Source: Lama guanicoe
Lineage: Eukaryota
Direction: 5' to 3'
DNA: 64,000 nucleotides
NCBI GenBank assembly: GCA_013239625.1
Contig: MU053652.1
Location: forward strand, 6,005,902 to 6,069,901
This document shows positions 62,879 through 64,000 of the stretch, in pieces. The position numbers and the translations under genes were made by a program. Positions within the stretch are counted from its first letter, which is position 1. Each line of letters opens with the position of its first letter. The notes below the pieces were generated by a model, which did no database searches, had not been told where the DNA came from, and was given only the letters and a program-made list of their open reading frames with translations.

Positions 62879-64000
62879 GCAAGTATCGCTATAAACTTGT
62901 ATTTATGTATATAGTTCTCAAGGAGAGATGCTTTTTAAGGATACAATGTTACTAATGTTCATTAGAATTGACTTTCATGTAAATACGTTTTTAGAAAATG
63001 TATGATTTGCTCTTTCCTCAACTTTAAAATGTTATGGCAAGTCCTAAATGTCTGTGGAGAAATTTGATATCTGTAGGGATTTGATGAAAAATCTCGTTTC
63101 CTTTTCAGTGACTAAATACACATTTAGGGAAATTTTACACTTTTCTGAAGGACTCACTTGTTCAAAAGTTTGTACTCTGTGTGCATGTGTGTTTGTGTGT
63201 TGGGGCTGAGGAATGACAAAGTGTGCCATGAATGATAAAGTTGGGGCTTAAAAATAAGTGGATTTCACCTTTGCTACACCCTAAGTTGAGATCTTACAGC
63301 TACATCTGATGGATGCAAGTGAAACATGATCTGTATTCACATTACCTCTTTGAATCACAACACCAGTGAAGTTTAATGCACCCAAAAGTGATGTTCAGAT
63401 TTTTCAACAGCTCTTAGGGCTGCCTGCTGTCCCTGTCCCCTATGGGTGCCATTAAGGCCCAAGACCCACAGATTTTGCATTTCCTACAAGTGGCCATGTG
63501 AGGACAACTTGGAGATCCCAGCTCAAAGCAAGGTCCCAGGGTCTAGGCAGCTGGGCATTTACTAGCCCAGTGCCATGCTGTCACCACCATCACCCCCCAC
63601 CCGGGGCTTTATCTCCTCCTACTGGGACCAAGTAGGAATGGCTCGTGGGATGGCGGCTGGTGGAGGAACTCCAGCAGGTGTGTCTAGAGATGCTCTCCGA
63701 GGAGAGAGGTCTTTGAGGATACTGGAGAGAGCTGCCTGGTTCTGGCAGCCAACAATCACAAGGGGCTCTCGAGCAGGAAGCCAATTCTGAACTTGAGGGG
63801 TAAGGGAGGCTCAGGAAGTTGCAGGGCACAGAGCTGGCGGTGGCTGCGTGACAAGGATGCCGGGGTGGTTGGAGCTGCATTTGTGTACCACTGGAAGGAA
63901 TTATTTCATATTTTAAAAGCCAGTGGTGTCCTATCCATGCACACTGGCTTCTTCTGATATAGAGAAATAAGGAGCGTGCCCTGTAGTCTCAGCTACAGCT
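62879..64000 (+). other. GRM8: Start of the next GRM8 intron (GC donor)
   Basis: Protein similarity stops at ...QLHLK. The next bases are GCAAGT, and read-through hits TAG at 62912-62914. Confidence 0.85.

Noticed and set aside
940..63880. Short ORFs in the six-frame track as protein-coding genes
   Set aside because: They are low-complexity or repeat-derived, many start at non-ATG codons, and none resembles a protein except L1 ORF2 remnants. The real exon is not even in the track.
63410..63900. GC-rich stretch with ORFs on both strands downstream of the exon
   Set aside because: No mGluR8 similarity (the next exon should begin VEDMQW). Probably an old LTR-like repeat that I cannot name.

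Overview
Mammalian genomic DNA, most likely a camelid (alpaca, llama or camel), inferred from camelid-type tRNA-derived SINEs and matching young L1 3' ends. Almost the whole window is one very long + strand intron of GRM8 (metabotropic glutamate receptor 8). The only coding sequence is one 137-bp internal exon (62742-62878), which ends in a non-canonical GC donor. The intron holds ordinary repeats (L1, L2, L3/CR1, MIR, MLT LTRs, hAT MERs, SINEs, microsatellites). Repeat families were recognised by eye, and their boundaries are approximate unless target-site duplications (TSDs) are given. The listed ORFs are noise or L1 remnants. The most notable unexplained structure is an ungapped 220-bp inverted repeat (43711-43930 / 44697-44916, 205/220 identical by hand alignment) that I do not recognise as a transposon and that could fold the pre-mRNA into a long duplex. 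Also notable are the GC donor, candidate recursive or cryptic splice sites, a CpG-rich intronic patch and three L1 twin-priming inversions. The sequence alone does not show a new multi-gene system.
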